Assembly (NCBI GenBank): GCA_029978085.1
Contig: JAPOJV010000003.1
Coordinates: 1 to 57,196, forward strand
Direction of reading: 5' to 3'
Length of the DNA stretch: 57,196 bases
Source: a bacterium
Lineage (GTDB): Bacteria > Planctomycetota > Planctomycetia > Pirellulales > UBA1268
Positions 1-8,846 of the stretch are shown here, one piece after another. Both the position numbers and the translations under genes were made by a program. Under the pieces are notes generated by a model. That model was not told where the DNA came from and made no database searches. It saw nothing but the letters and a program-made list of their open reading frames with translations. How positions within the stretch are numbered: position 1 is the first letter of the stretch; each line of letters opens with the position of its first letter.

Positions 1-2
1 AC

Positions 3-3000
3 GTCGGCTTGGGAGCCGGCGGCGGCGCCGGGGAAGTTCGCGATCGTGGCTGTCGTGCGGCCGAGGGCGTCGTAGAGCGTGCGGGCGACGATGCCCTTGG
101 GATCCGTCACGTCCTGCACGCGGCCGGCGGCGTCGTAGGTGTAGGTCGTGACGAGCGCCGTGTCGGAGCCGGCCGGGGCGGTGCCGGGGCGAGCGGAGGC
201 GATGCCGCCGTTGGTGCCGACGTTGACAGATGCGGTGAGCCGGTCGGCTGGGTCGTAGTAGCTGGCCGCGAACGAGACGCGGGCTGGGATGCCGCTGGTG
301 GGTGTGCCGAGGGAGCCGAGGAGCGACGACGAGGCGTCGTGGAACCGTTGGCGGTTCGTCGTGAGGATCACGTTGCTCGCGGCGTCGTAGGTGTATTGGG
401 TTTGTTCCAAAATTAGCGACGCAGCAAGCGAGGTGGCATTGGCCCACGTGGCACTTGGCACGTTGCCAAGCGTAAAACTCGTCGTGAGCCGGCCAGCGCC
501 GTCGTAGCGGCTTTGCATTACGGGGGCGTTCGGGGCGTAGACGGCCGCCACGTTGCCGCGGCGGTCGTAGAACATGTTCGTCGTCAGCCGGGGCGTGCCG
601 ACCGCGCCCGTGGTCTGATCCACGAACAGCTCCTGCGTGCGATACACGCGGTCCTGCGCGTCGTAGAGCGAGACCTGGGAGCTGCGGAGGAGCGCCGCGG
701 CCGGCTTGTCGGGCACGCCGTCGGCGTTCGCGTCGATCACCTGGACGCCGTCGCCGTCGAACACGCTCCGGCCGGTCACGCGGCCGAGGTTGTCGTAGTC
801 GGTGAACGAGAGCGGACGGTTCACGGAGGGGTCTTCCGTGGCGAGGGTGCCTGTGGCGCCGGACTTCGTGGCCACGAGGCGGTTCCGCCAATCATAGGCG
901 TTTTGGGTGACACGCGGGGAGGCACCGCCCCCCGGGAACTGCGTGGACTTCGTGAGGTTGCCGTTGCCCACGCCGCCGTTGTCGTATTCGTAGGCGGCGA
1001 CTTGGACCATGTTGGACGTCGGGCCGGCATTGGACGGCTTCCACTTGAAGCCGTTGGTCGTCGAGTCGTCGGTGCCGACGTACGTGCCCGTCAGCCGGGC
1101 GAGGCCGTCGAACGTCGAGATCGTGATCGTGCCGGCGGGGTTTTGGAGGCGGTCCACCTGGCCTTGGTCGTTGTAGGCGTATCTCGTGCGGAGGTAGTTG
1201 GCGCCCTCGAGGCCGAGCGTGGCCGTGGTGGTGGAGTAGGTGAGGCCGTCGAGGTTCGTATAGCGGTCCACCGCGATCACCTGGCCGGCTGCGTTCATGA
1301 GCGACCGCGTGAGCGATTGCATGGTGGTGATCGGCTCGGTGCCCGTCGGGCGGCCCTGGGCGTCCACCGCGGGCACGGCCGAGTAGGTGAGACTCTCGGT
1401 GTAGGTGCCCGAGAGATCGCGGCGCGAGACCGTGATCGGGCCGGTCGGGGTGCGGGTGGTGGCGTTCCAGCCGACGTAGGTGCGGGTCGAGTGGTTGACG
1501 TCGTCGTAGACGGTGTAGGTGATACTCCCGCGCGGGTCGGTGGCCTTGGTGATTCGGCCGAGCGAGTCCACTTCGTGGGTCGTCACGAGATGCAGGCCGC
1601 CGCCGGTGGGCGTGGCCCAGCCAGAGGGCAGACTTTGCGCGTCGAAGTCGCTCGTGCGAGATGTGTTGACGTCCACGATGCTCTTCACGACGGCGCCGGT
1701 CTGCACGTCGTACTGTGTGTGCCTCAAAAACCCGTCGCCGTCCCGCGACCAGATCTCGCGGCCGGCTGCGTCGAACACGCGATCGACCACGACGGCCGTG
1801 CCGGGGCCGTTTTGGGCGGTGGTGACCGTCGGAAGCGTCGTCCGCTGGGAGACGATCTGCGTCGTGCCAGCAGTAAACGTGTAGGCGTAGCTGGTCGTCT
1901 GGGCGCCGGCTGTCGTCGTGTTTGGATACGTCGTGCGGGTGGCCAGCGGCATGACCGTGCTCCCGCCGCCCGACTGCACGAAGTACGTAAACGCTTCCTG
2001 TGTGACGGCCGTGCCGCGGTCGCCCCGCATCACGGCCGTGCTCGACACGAACCGGTCCACGCTGCCGGCGAGTGTGGCCGTGGCGGTGGTGGCCGTGGCG
2101 TAGTTCGTGACCTCGATCAGGCCGCTCGAGTCGCTGATGTATTGAAAGTTGCCCGCGACCTCGTTCAGGAGATCGGGGTACTGCTCGATCTCGGCGAGGT
2201 TCGCCGGGAGGGTGATCGCCTCCGGGCTCACCTGCCAGATCGCCTGGCCGCGGGCGTCGTAGCGGGTGTAGGTGCCTTGTTGCTTGGTGACGCCGCCGTC
2301 GGTCGTGCGGATCACTTCGAGCATCGGCTGGGTGCGGGCGTTTGAGTAGACGATCCGCTCGGTGCCGTCGGGGCGGGCCTCGGTGGTTTTTGTGCGCCAG
2401 TCGAGGTTGCTGCCGAGGACGGGTTTTGGATTCTGGGCGTAGGAGTAGGTAAAGGTGCCGATGCCGCCGGTGCAGGAAGAGCAGCCGGCGCCCTGGACGT
2501 CGTGGCGGATGACGCGGCCCTGGGAGTCGTACGCGTACACATTCGTCGCAAAGGGCGCGACACTCGTGTTCGAGGCCGTGGCGAGGTCGATTCCCGCGGC
2601 GGTGGCGCGGCGGACGGCGTCGGTGTCGAAGGTGGAGAGTACCCGTGAGCCGGCCGTGTAGCGGTAGGCCTGGGCGTCGAGGAGGGCACCGGCGGTGTCG
2701 CGGACGCTGATGCTCGCCAGGTCGCCAAGCGTGCCGAACGCCGACGTGCCGTCGTAGTAGGCGTAGGAGACGCTGCGGACGAGCGTGCCGTCGCCGCGGC
2801 GGACGTCGATCCGGGCGACCTTGCCTGCGTTCGGGTCGGTGGCGGGGAGGGAGACGTAGTCCTGGATCTCGACGGGGGTGGTCTGGCCCGCCAGGAAGCT
2901 CGTGACGCTCGCGATCGAGCCGTCGGCGTTGAACGCGTAGACGGTCTGGTTGCCGCTCGCGTCGCCCTGGGCGATGACCCGGCCGCGGTTAACCTCGGGG

Positions 3001-3653
3001 ATACTCTCATCGAACCCGTTGAACGTGAACACGGTGCCTGAGGCGGTGCGGTAGCGATACTGGCCGCCGCTCGCGGAGAAGCTGTCGGCCGTCGCGAGGC
3101 CGCGGGCCCGCGTGAAGCTGCCAGAGTCGCCGCTGGCCTGCCAGACCCGCTGGTCGGCAGAGCCGAACATCACGGCCATCATCGCTGGCGCGCCTGTCGG
3201 CTGGGGAATCGACTCGAGCGTCGGCAGGCCCGCCGCGGACCAGCCGTTGCCAAAGGGGCTCCATGACTCGGCGGGGGACGTGGCGGCTGGGGTGGCGAAA
3301 GTGGCCGCCGCGGGACCGCCGCCGGTGGACGTGGACGTGTGGGTCAGTGACTGGCCGGCGCCGACGCCCGCGTGCACCTGCAGAATCCCCGTGGCCGGGT
3401 GCACGCCGGTGTCGCACGTCGTGGGGCAGTCGTCCTCGCCTGGATCAATCGGCGTGGCTTCGACGATCCAGCACCAGTCGTTGTAGTCGTAGTCGTCCCA
3501 GTCCTCGAAGGCGATGGCCCAGACGGGCGACTCGGGGCTGCCAAAGCCGAAGTCGGACCCCGGCTTCACCGTGAAGCGGCTGCCGGGGAACGAATAGGTG
3601 CCCGCGGAATCGCCGTCCGGGGAAATCGGGGACGGGAGCCGATTTCGCAACAT
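3..3653 (-). CDS. Rhs/YD-repeat protein (partial; C-terminus runs off the window start; 5' end possibly truncated)
   Basis: Absent from the ORF track, consistent with no stop before the window edge. Spot translation gives ~1217 codons with YD repeats (TYTYDAAGRVQDVTDPKG, LYDALGRTT, SYYD), a PFGNGWS motif typical of Rhs N-terminal regions and FEDWDDYDYND near the start. The ATG at 3653 lies inside an inverted repeat. Confidence 0.88.
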   Translation of the reverse strand, partial: MLRNRLPSPISPDGDSAGTYSFPGSRFTVKPGSDFGFGSPESPVWAIAFEDWDDYDYNDWCWIVEATPIDPGEDDCPTTCDTGVHPATGILQVHAGVGAGQSLTHTSTSTGGGPAAATFATPAATSPAESWSPFGNGWSAAGLPTLESIPQPTGAPAMMAVMFGSADQRVWQASGDSGSFTRARGLATADSFSASGGQYRYRTASGTVFTFNGFDESIPEVNRGRVIAQGDASGNQTVYAFNADGSIASVTSFLAGQTTPVEIQDYVSLPATDPNAGKVARIDVRRGDGTLVRSVSYAYYDGTSAFGTLGDLASISVRDTAGALLDAQAYRYTAGSRVLSTFDTDAVRRATAAGIDLATASNTSVAPFATNVYAYDSQGRVIRHDVQGAGCSSCTGGIGTFTYSYAQNPKPVLGSNLDWRTKTTEARPDGTERIVYSNARTQPMLEVIRTTDGGVTKQQGTYTRYDARGQAIWQVSPEAITLPANLAEIEQYPDLLNEVAGNFQYISDSSGLIEVTNYATATTATATLAGSVDRFVSSTAVMRGDRGTAVTQEAFTYFVQSGGGSTVMPLATRTTYPNTTTAGAQTTSYAYTFTAGTTQIVSQRTTLPTVTTAQNGPGTAVVVDRVFDAAGREIWSRDGDGFLRHTQYDVQTGAVVKSIVDVNTSRTSDFDAQSLPSGWATPTGGGLHLVTTHEVDSLGRITKATDPRGSITYTVYDDVNHSTRTYVGWNATTRTPTGPITVSRRDLSGTYTESLTYSAVPAVDAQGRPTGTEPITTMQSLTRSLMNAAGQVIAVDRYTNLDGLTYSTTTATLGLEGANYLRTRYAYNDQGQVDRLQNPAGTITISTFDGLARLTGTYVGTDDSTTNGFKWKPSNAGPTSNMVQVAAYEYDNGGVGNGNLTKSTQFPGGGASPRVTQNAYDWRNRLVATKSGATGTLATEDPSVNRPLSFTDYDNLGRVTGRSVFDGDGVQVIDANADGVPDKPAAALLRSSQVSLYDAQDRVYRTQELFVDQTTGAVGTPRLTTNMFYDRRGNVAAVYAPNAPVMQSRYDGAGRLTTSFTLGNVPSATWANATSLAASLILEQTQYTYDAASNVILTTNRQRFHDASSSLLGSLGTPTSGIPARVSFAASYYDPADRLTASVNVGTNGGIASARPGTAPAGSDTALVTTYTYDAAGRVQDVTDPKGIVARTLYDALGRTTATIANFPGAAAGSQAD

Positions 3654-3749
3654 CCTGCTGGTCAAGCTGTGATCGCCGTGGTGCAGCTGAGCGAGTTGAC
3701 AGTCGTGCGTCGCGAAATCGGCTCCCGTCCCGAGTTTTCCCCGGACTAC
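3615..3749. repeat. MITE-like inverted-repeat element (~34-bp arms)
   Basis: Left arm gtccggggaaatcggggacgggagccgatttcgc (3615-3648) and right arm gcgaaatcggctcccgtcccgagttttccccggac (3712-3746) are near-perfect reverse complements. The interior also pairs (gtcaa/ttgac, agctg/cagct). The right end reads CTAC. Confidence 0.75.
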
Positions 3750-3824
3750 GGGCCGAGTCGCCACGCGTTCGGGAGTCGCCGGGTATCATGTGCTTGTTGT
3801 TTCCTCGGAGCTGGGCCCGTGGCC

Positions 3825-4865
3825 ATGCTGCAGCGGCTGCTGATCGTGACCTGCGCGAGCCTCGTTGCCGGCGGCCTGCCGGCGCTGGCGGTGGCGATGA
3901 CCGCAACGGCCGCTGCGGTCGACGACGAACTGGCCCGTGAGCCGTCGTGGCCGGCGCCGTCCCGGGCCGAGCTTCGAGACCGCACTACTGCCTGGCTGGC
4001 GACACGCGGCCACGATGCCGCGGCCGCGATCGAGGTGTGGGACGATGGGGCCGAGCCGCTTGATGCGGTCGTCGCCGTCATCCGCCGCGCGGATCCGCGG
4101 GCGGCCGCAGTCGACACCGCCACGTCTGATCCCGTTGCTGCCTGGCTCGATGGCTCCGACGTCGACTCCTTCGAGCGCGACAGCCTCCGACTGTGGCTGG
4201 CCCGCGAGCTCGTGCGCCGCGACCGCTTCGACGAGGCGCTCCCGCTGCTGGCCGGCCTCGACCTGGCGACGAGCGTCGACCCCGCGACCCTCCTCTTTCA
4301 TCGTGCCGTCTGCCAGCATTGGCTGCTCGATGCCGAGGCGGCGGTCGATTCGCTCGACCGGTTGCTGGAGCGAGCCGGCGAGATCCCCGTGCGGTACGAG
4401 CGAGTCGCGCGACTGCTGCGGGCCGACATCGCGGGCCTGGAAGACGGCTCACTCGATCACATCGCCCGCCGGATGCGGGACATCACCCGCCGGCTCGATC
4501 TGGGCCGCGCCGGCCCCCGCACCCGGCAGGTGCAGGAGAGCGTGGTCACATCGCTCGACCGCTTGATCAAAGACCTCGAAGACCAGCAGCAGCAGGGGGC
4601 GTCCGGGTCGGCCGGCGCCGGAGGGGGTGCCGCCGGAGGCCAAGGGGGCGCGGCCACACCCATGGACGACAGCCGCCTGGCCGGCGGCCAGGGCAAGGGG
4701 GAGGTGCAGGCCCGCGACGTCGGCTCTGGCGACGGCTGGGGCAATCTGCCGCCACACGCCCGCGAGGCCGCGCTTCAGCAGATCGGCCGCGAGTTTCCGC
4801 CGCACTATCGCGAAGCGATCGAACTCTATTTCAAGCGGCTCGCTACCGGCTCCGAGGAGCGCTGA
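3825..4865 (+). CDS. Secreted helical hypothetical protein (TPR-like segment, Gly-rich linker, WGxLPP...YFKRLA tail)
   Basis: ATG 3825 is followed by a signal-peptide-like stretch. The C-terminal WGNLPPHAREAALQQIGREFPPHYREAIELYFKRLA resembles tails of conserved planctomycete proteins. Confidence 0.7.
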   Translation: MLQRLLIVTCASLVAGGLPALAVAMTATAAAVDDELAREPSWPAPSRAELRDRTTAWLATRGHDAAAAIEVWDDGAEPLDAVVAVIRRADPRAAAVDTATSDPVAAWLDGSDVDSFERDSLRLWLARELVRRDRFDEALPLLAGLDLATSVDPATLLFHRAVCQHWLLDAEAAVDSLDRLLERAGEIPVRYERVARLLRADIAGLEDGSLDHIARRMRDITRRLDLGRAGPRTRQVQESVVTSLDRLIKDLEDQQQQGASGSAGAGGGAAGGQGGAATPMDDSRLAGGQGKGEVQARDVGSGDGWGNLPPHAREAALQQIGREFPPHYREAIELYFKRLATGSEER

Positions 4866-4870
4866 CCGCC

Positions 4871-6043
4871 ATGCCGCGCTGGCTCGTCATCCTGCTCGCC
4901 TGCGGCTGCCTCACCGCGATCCCGGCTCGGGCCGCAGCACCGCAGGCTCGCGTGGAGCGGAGCGACGGATCGATCATCGAGGCCGCGCTCGTCGCGATCG
5001 ACGCCAACGACGTGCGGCTCCAGGCGGTGAACGGAGACACGACGCTCCCCGTGACGGCCATCCGTCGCGTCGTGGTCGTGAACGAGGCTGCCGCAAAGCC
5101 TCGGCCGGCTCCGGTCACGGTGACGACGACCACGGGCAGCCGGATCACGGGCGACGACTTTACGTGGACGGGTGACGTGGCCGCGGTCATCCGCGGTGAG
5201 GAGCGAATCGAGCTGCCGATCGGCCTCGTGCAGCTCGTCGCGTGGCGGCGGCCGGAGGATGCCGCCGGCGACCCCGCCTGGATCCCGACGCTGCCCGAGC
5301 AGCCGGAGTCGGACCTCGTGATCGTGGGGGCCGGACCCGAAGCGGAATGCGTGGCCTGTGCGATCACCGCCCTGTCGGCCGAGAGCGTCACCGTCGTGCT
5401 GGAGGGCGAGACGATCCCCGTGAAGCGAACGAGGGTCGCTGGCCTGCGCTGGCTGCGACCGCCAGCCACCCCCCAGGGACGGATCGACGTGGCCACGGCC
5501 GCTGGCCGGTTCGCCGCGGCCAGCGTGACCTGGTCGCCCGCGGACGGGCTCGTGCTCGATGGCCGCATGCGGATGCCGGCGGCCTGGCTTGAATCCATCA
5601 ATTACGCCGCCGACCGCACGGTGCGGCTGGCCGCCTTGGATGCCGAGCGGATGAACGTGGAGCCGTTCTTCGGCGGCCTCCGCGGCGTCGAAGGACTGGC
5701 CGGTTTCTTCGCGCCGCGGCTCGTGAAGGTGCCGGCAGGTGATCAGTCGGCCCTGCTCCTGCGTCCTCGCACGGTGGGTGTATGGCGGGTGCCGGCCGAC
5801 AGCCGCCGGTTTCTCGGTACGCTCCGTGCGGCAAACGCAGCGGCGCCACGCGCTGAGGTCGTGATCGATATCGACGGCCGCGAGGTCTTCCGCGGCACAG
5901 TCACCACCGCAGCGCCGGCTCCCGCAGGCCTGCCGATCGACCTCGACGTGGCGGGCGGCCGTCGCCTCACACTCACCATCGATTTCGCAGACGGCGGCCC
6001 GGGCGGCCCGCTTCGTCTCGACGACGCCCGCTTCGAGAAGTGA
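4871..6043 (+). CDS. Secreted protein with C-terminal NPCBM/NEW2-like domain
   Basis: Signal peptide MPRWLVILLACGC. C-terminal VVIDIDGREVF...IDLDVAGGRRLTLTIDF...LDDARF fits an NPCBM pattern. Confidence 0.65.
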   Translation: MPRWLVILLACGCLTAIPARAAAPQARVERSDGSIIEAALVAIDANDVRLQAVNGDTTLPVTAIRRVVVVNEAAAKPRPAPVTVTTTTGSRITGDDFTWTGDVAAVIRGEERIELPIGLVQLVAWRRPEDAAGDPAWIPTLPEQPESDLVIVGAGPEAECVACAITALSAESVTVVLEGETIPVKRTRVAGLRWLRPPATPQGRIDVATAAGRFAAASVTWSPADGLVLDGRMRMPAAWLESINYAADRTVRLAALDAERMNVEPFFGGLRGVEGLAGFFAPRLVKVPAGDQSALLLRPRTVGVWRVPADSRRFLGTLRAANAAAPRAEVVIDIDGREVFRGTVTTAAPAPAGLPIDLDVAGGRRLTLTIDFADGGPGGPLRLDDARFEK

Positions 6044-7815
6044 TGCCCTCGCTCCGTCACTGCAGCCGTTTCGCCAACGCCGTCGCGGGCGCAGCGGCAC
6101 TCGTTCTGGGTGTTTCCCGCCTACCTGTCAGGGCCGAGGTCGAGCCGGCTGTGCTGCAGGCCGAGGCCGCGCGGGTCGAGGTGATCCGGGCCGCATCGCA
6201 GTGCGCCGTCTCGATCTTCGCCGGTGATGCCGGCGGCGGCTCCGGCGTGCTCGTCAGCCCCGATGGCTATGCACTCACCAACTTTCACGTCGTCGAGCCG
6301 GCCGGTCCGGCGATGCGGTGCGGCCTGAACGACGGCCGCCTGTACGACGCGGTGCTCGTGGGCCTCGACCCGACCGGTGACGTCGCCCTGGTGCGGCTGC
6401 TCGGACGCGACGACTTTCCGCATGCCACGCCGGCCGATAGCGACCGCGTGCAGCCGGGCGACTTCTGCTTCGCGGCCGGCAATCCGTTTCTGTTGGCCAC
6501 CGACCTCCAGCCCTCGATCAGCGTCGGCATCGTCTCGGGCGTGCACCGCTACCAGTTTCCGGCCGGCACGATCCTCGAGTATGCCGACTGCCTCCAGGTG
6601 GATGCCGCGATCAACCCGGGCAACTCCGGCGGCGGGCTGTTCGACGAGGCCGGCCGCCTCATCGGCGTCAACGGCCGGGCCTCGTTCGAGAAGCGGGGCC
6701 GGGTGAACGTCGGCGTGGGCTACGCGATCTCGATGAACCAGGTGCGGAACTTCTTCGGCCTGCTCAAGGGGGGCCGGCTGGTCGATCATGCCACGCTCGG
6801 CGCGACCGTGTCATCGAGTGCCGACGGCCGCGTGCTCGTGTCGGACATCCTGCAGTCGTCCGATGCCTGGCGACGCGGACTGCGGTACGACGACGAGATC
6901 GTGGCCCTCGCGGGCCGCCCCATCCGCACGGTCAACGCCTTCAAGAACGTGCTCGGCACGCTGCCGGCCGGCTGGCGGGTCCCGCTCGCCTACCGGCGGG
7001 CCGGCCGGCGGCATGAGATCGTCGTGCGACTGGCGGCCGTGCCCTCGGCCGCCGCGCTCGCGGCCCTTGTCAGCGGTGAGCCGGAGCCGCCCCCTCGCGG
7101 TCCGAAAGATGACGCGCCACGCGTGCCTGCCGACCGCCGCGCCCCCCCCGATGCCGCGCGGCTGCCGGAGTCGGTCCGCGGGCTCTACGATCCTCGCCCC
7201 GGGTTCGTGAACTTCCACTTCAACACACTGGAGCGTGACCGCGTGGCCGCCGCCATCGCGAAGAGCCGCCCGGCCACGATGCCTGGGGCATGGGAGTTCG
7301 CCGGAGCCCGGGCCGAAGGGGGCCGGTTCCAACTCCGGCTCGCCGACGACGACGCGGTGATCGACCTCCCCACGGGCACGTCGCGGATCGATCCGGCCGG
7401 CGATCTCGCGGCGGATGCCTCGCCACCGGGAAGCGGAGGCCTGCTCGCGGCGCTCGCCATCTGGAGACAGCTGGTGCGATCGGGACCGACCGCCGTCGGC
7501 GGCACGACCTACTGGGGTACGGCGCCGCGGGATCCGCAGGCGTTCACGGCTGGCTTTGCCGCGGAACTCGTCGACGTGCTGGAGGTGGCCGTCTCGGGTA
7601 TGACGGCCGAGGTCGCCGTCGATGCCGCCGGCGTCGTCACGCAGGTGGAACTCTGGCAGGACGCCGACTCCGATTCGTGCCTCGTGCGATTCGGACGGCC
7701 GCACCCCGACGACCCGCGCGGCCTGCCGACGCGGTTCGACGTGAGCCGCGGCGACGAGGTCTTCGGCGCGTTCATCGTCGAGCCCGCCCCCCCGGCCCCG
7801 GGGGCACAGCCATGA
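6040..7815 (+). CDS. S1C (HtrA/DegP-like) serine protease with PDZ domain, intact triad
   Basis: LTNFHVV (His), GDVAL (Asp) and INPGNSGG (Ser); PDZ-like SDAWRRGLRYDDEIV. Confidence 0.88.
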   Translation: MMPSLRHCSRFANAVAGAAALVLGVSRLPVRAEVEPAVLQAEAARVEVIRAASQCAVSIFAGDAGGGSGVLVSPDGYALTNFHVVEPAGPAMRCGLNDGRLYDAVLVGLDPTGDVALVRLLGRDDFPHATPADSDRVQPGDFCFAAGNPFLLATDLQPSISVGIVSGVHRYQFPAGTILEYADCLQVDAAINPGNSGGGLFDEAGRLIGVNGRASFEKRGRVNVGVGYAISMNQVRNFFGLLKGGRLVDHATLGATVSSSADGRVLVSDILQSSDAWRRGLRYDDEIVALAGRPIRTVNAFKNVLGTLPAGWRVPLAYRRAGRRHEIVVRLAAVPSAAALAALVSGEPEPPPRGPKDDAPRVPADRRAPPDAARLPESVRGLYDPRPGFVNFHFNTLERDRVAAAIAKSRPATMPGAWEFAGARAEGGRFQLRLADDDAVIDLPTGTSRIDPAGDLAADASPPGSGGLLAALAIWRQLVRSGPTAVGGTTYWGTAPRDPQAFTAGFAAELVDVLEVAVSGMTAEVAVDAAGVVTQVELWQDADSDSCLVRFGRPHPDDPRGLPTRFDVSRGDEVFGAFIVEPAPPAPGAQP

Positions 7816-8846
7816 CCACACGCGCCTGGAACACCGAGTGGGCCCGCGGTCTCGTCTGCCTGATCGTGGGCGGCTGGGTCGGGCTGACCAGCGCCGCCGG
7901 TACGCCCCAGGAGACCATCCGCTCCGCGGCCCGCAAGGTCGTGAAGCTCTACGGCGCGGGGGGCCTGCGGGGCCTCGAGGCCTACCAGTCCGGCATCATC
8001 GTCTCACCCGACGGCACGATCCTCACCGTGATGAGCACGGTGCTCGACACCGACGAGATCGACTGCGTGCTCGACGACGGCAGCCGCCATCGAGCGACGC
8101 TGAAGGGAGTCGATCCGCAACGCGAGCTGGCAGTGCTTTCCATCGACGCGGCCGATCTGCCCGCGTTCGCCCTGGAGCCTATCGGCACGGTCGCGGTCGG
8201 CACCCGCGTGATCGCACTGTCGAACCTCTTCGGCGTGGCCGTGGGCGACGAGCGGGTGAGCGCCCAGCGGGGCGTGGTGTCGGCCAAGGTTCCACTCGAG
8301 GCCCGCCGTGGTGCCGCCGAAGCGCCGTTCACCGGCGACGTCTACGTGCTCGACTGCACGACGAACAACCCGGGCGCCCCCGGCGGTGCGGTCGTCGATT
8401 CGCAGGGCCGTCTCGTCGGCATGCTCGGCAAGGAACTGCGGTCGACGTCGACCGGCATCTGGCTCAACTACGCCTTGCCAGCGGCCGAACTCGACCGCGG
8501 CGCCCGCGCCATCGCGGCCGGCACGACGGCACCGGCCACCGCCGACGCCCCGGCCTTCGATCCCCGGCTGTGCGGCCTCGTCCTCGTGCCCGATCTCCTC
8601 GACAAGACGCCGCCATTCATCGAAGCCGTGCTCCCTGGCTCCGCAGCCGCGACGGCCGGCCTGCAGCCCGACGACCTCGTGATCGCAGTCGCCGGCCGCG
8701 CCGTAGCGTCACGGGCCGCAGTCGAGCGGGAGTTGGGCCGGCTCGCGGCCGGTGACCCCGTGCGGCTCTCGGTGATTCGTGGTGGCCGGATCGTGGAGTG
8801 CGATCTCGGCCCGCGGCCCGCAGCCAAGGAGCAGCCCACGCCATGA
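7812..8846 (+). CDS. HtrA-like trypsin/PDZ protein, degenerate catalytic triad
   Basis: SGIIVSPDGTILTVMSTV lacks the His; NNPGAPGG lacks the Ser; PDZ GSAAATAGLQPDDLVIAV. ATGA overlap with the upstream gene. Confidence 0.8.
   Translation: MTTRAWNTEWARGLVCLIVGGWVGLTSAAGTPQETIRSAARKVVKLYGAGGLRGLEAYQSGIIVSPDGTILTVMSTVLDTDEIDCVLDDGSRHRATLKGVDPQRELAVLSIDAADLPAFALEPIGTVAVGTRVIALSNLFGVAVGDERVSAQRGVVSAKVPLEARRGAAEAPFTGDVYVLDCTTNNPGAPGGAVVDSQGRLVGMLGKELRSTSTGIWLNYALPAAELDRGARAIAAGTTAPATADAPAFDPRLCGLVLVPDLLDKTPPFIEAVLPGSAAATAGLQPDDLVIAVAGRAVASRAAVERELGRLAAGDPVRLSVIRGGRIVECDLGPRPAAKEQPTP

Noticed and set aside
395-520. AT-richer patch inside the Rhs gene
   Set aside because: The frame stays open with plausible sequence; too short to call an insertion without homologue alignment.
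513-2345. 610-aa plus-strand ORF (also 9..416)
   Set aside because: Codon-aligned antisense shadow of the Rhs gene; no recognisable motifs.
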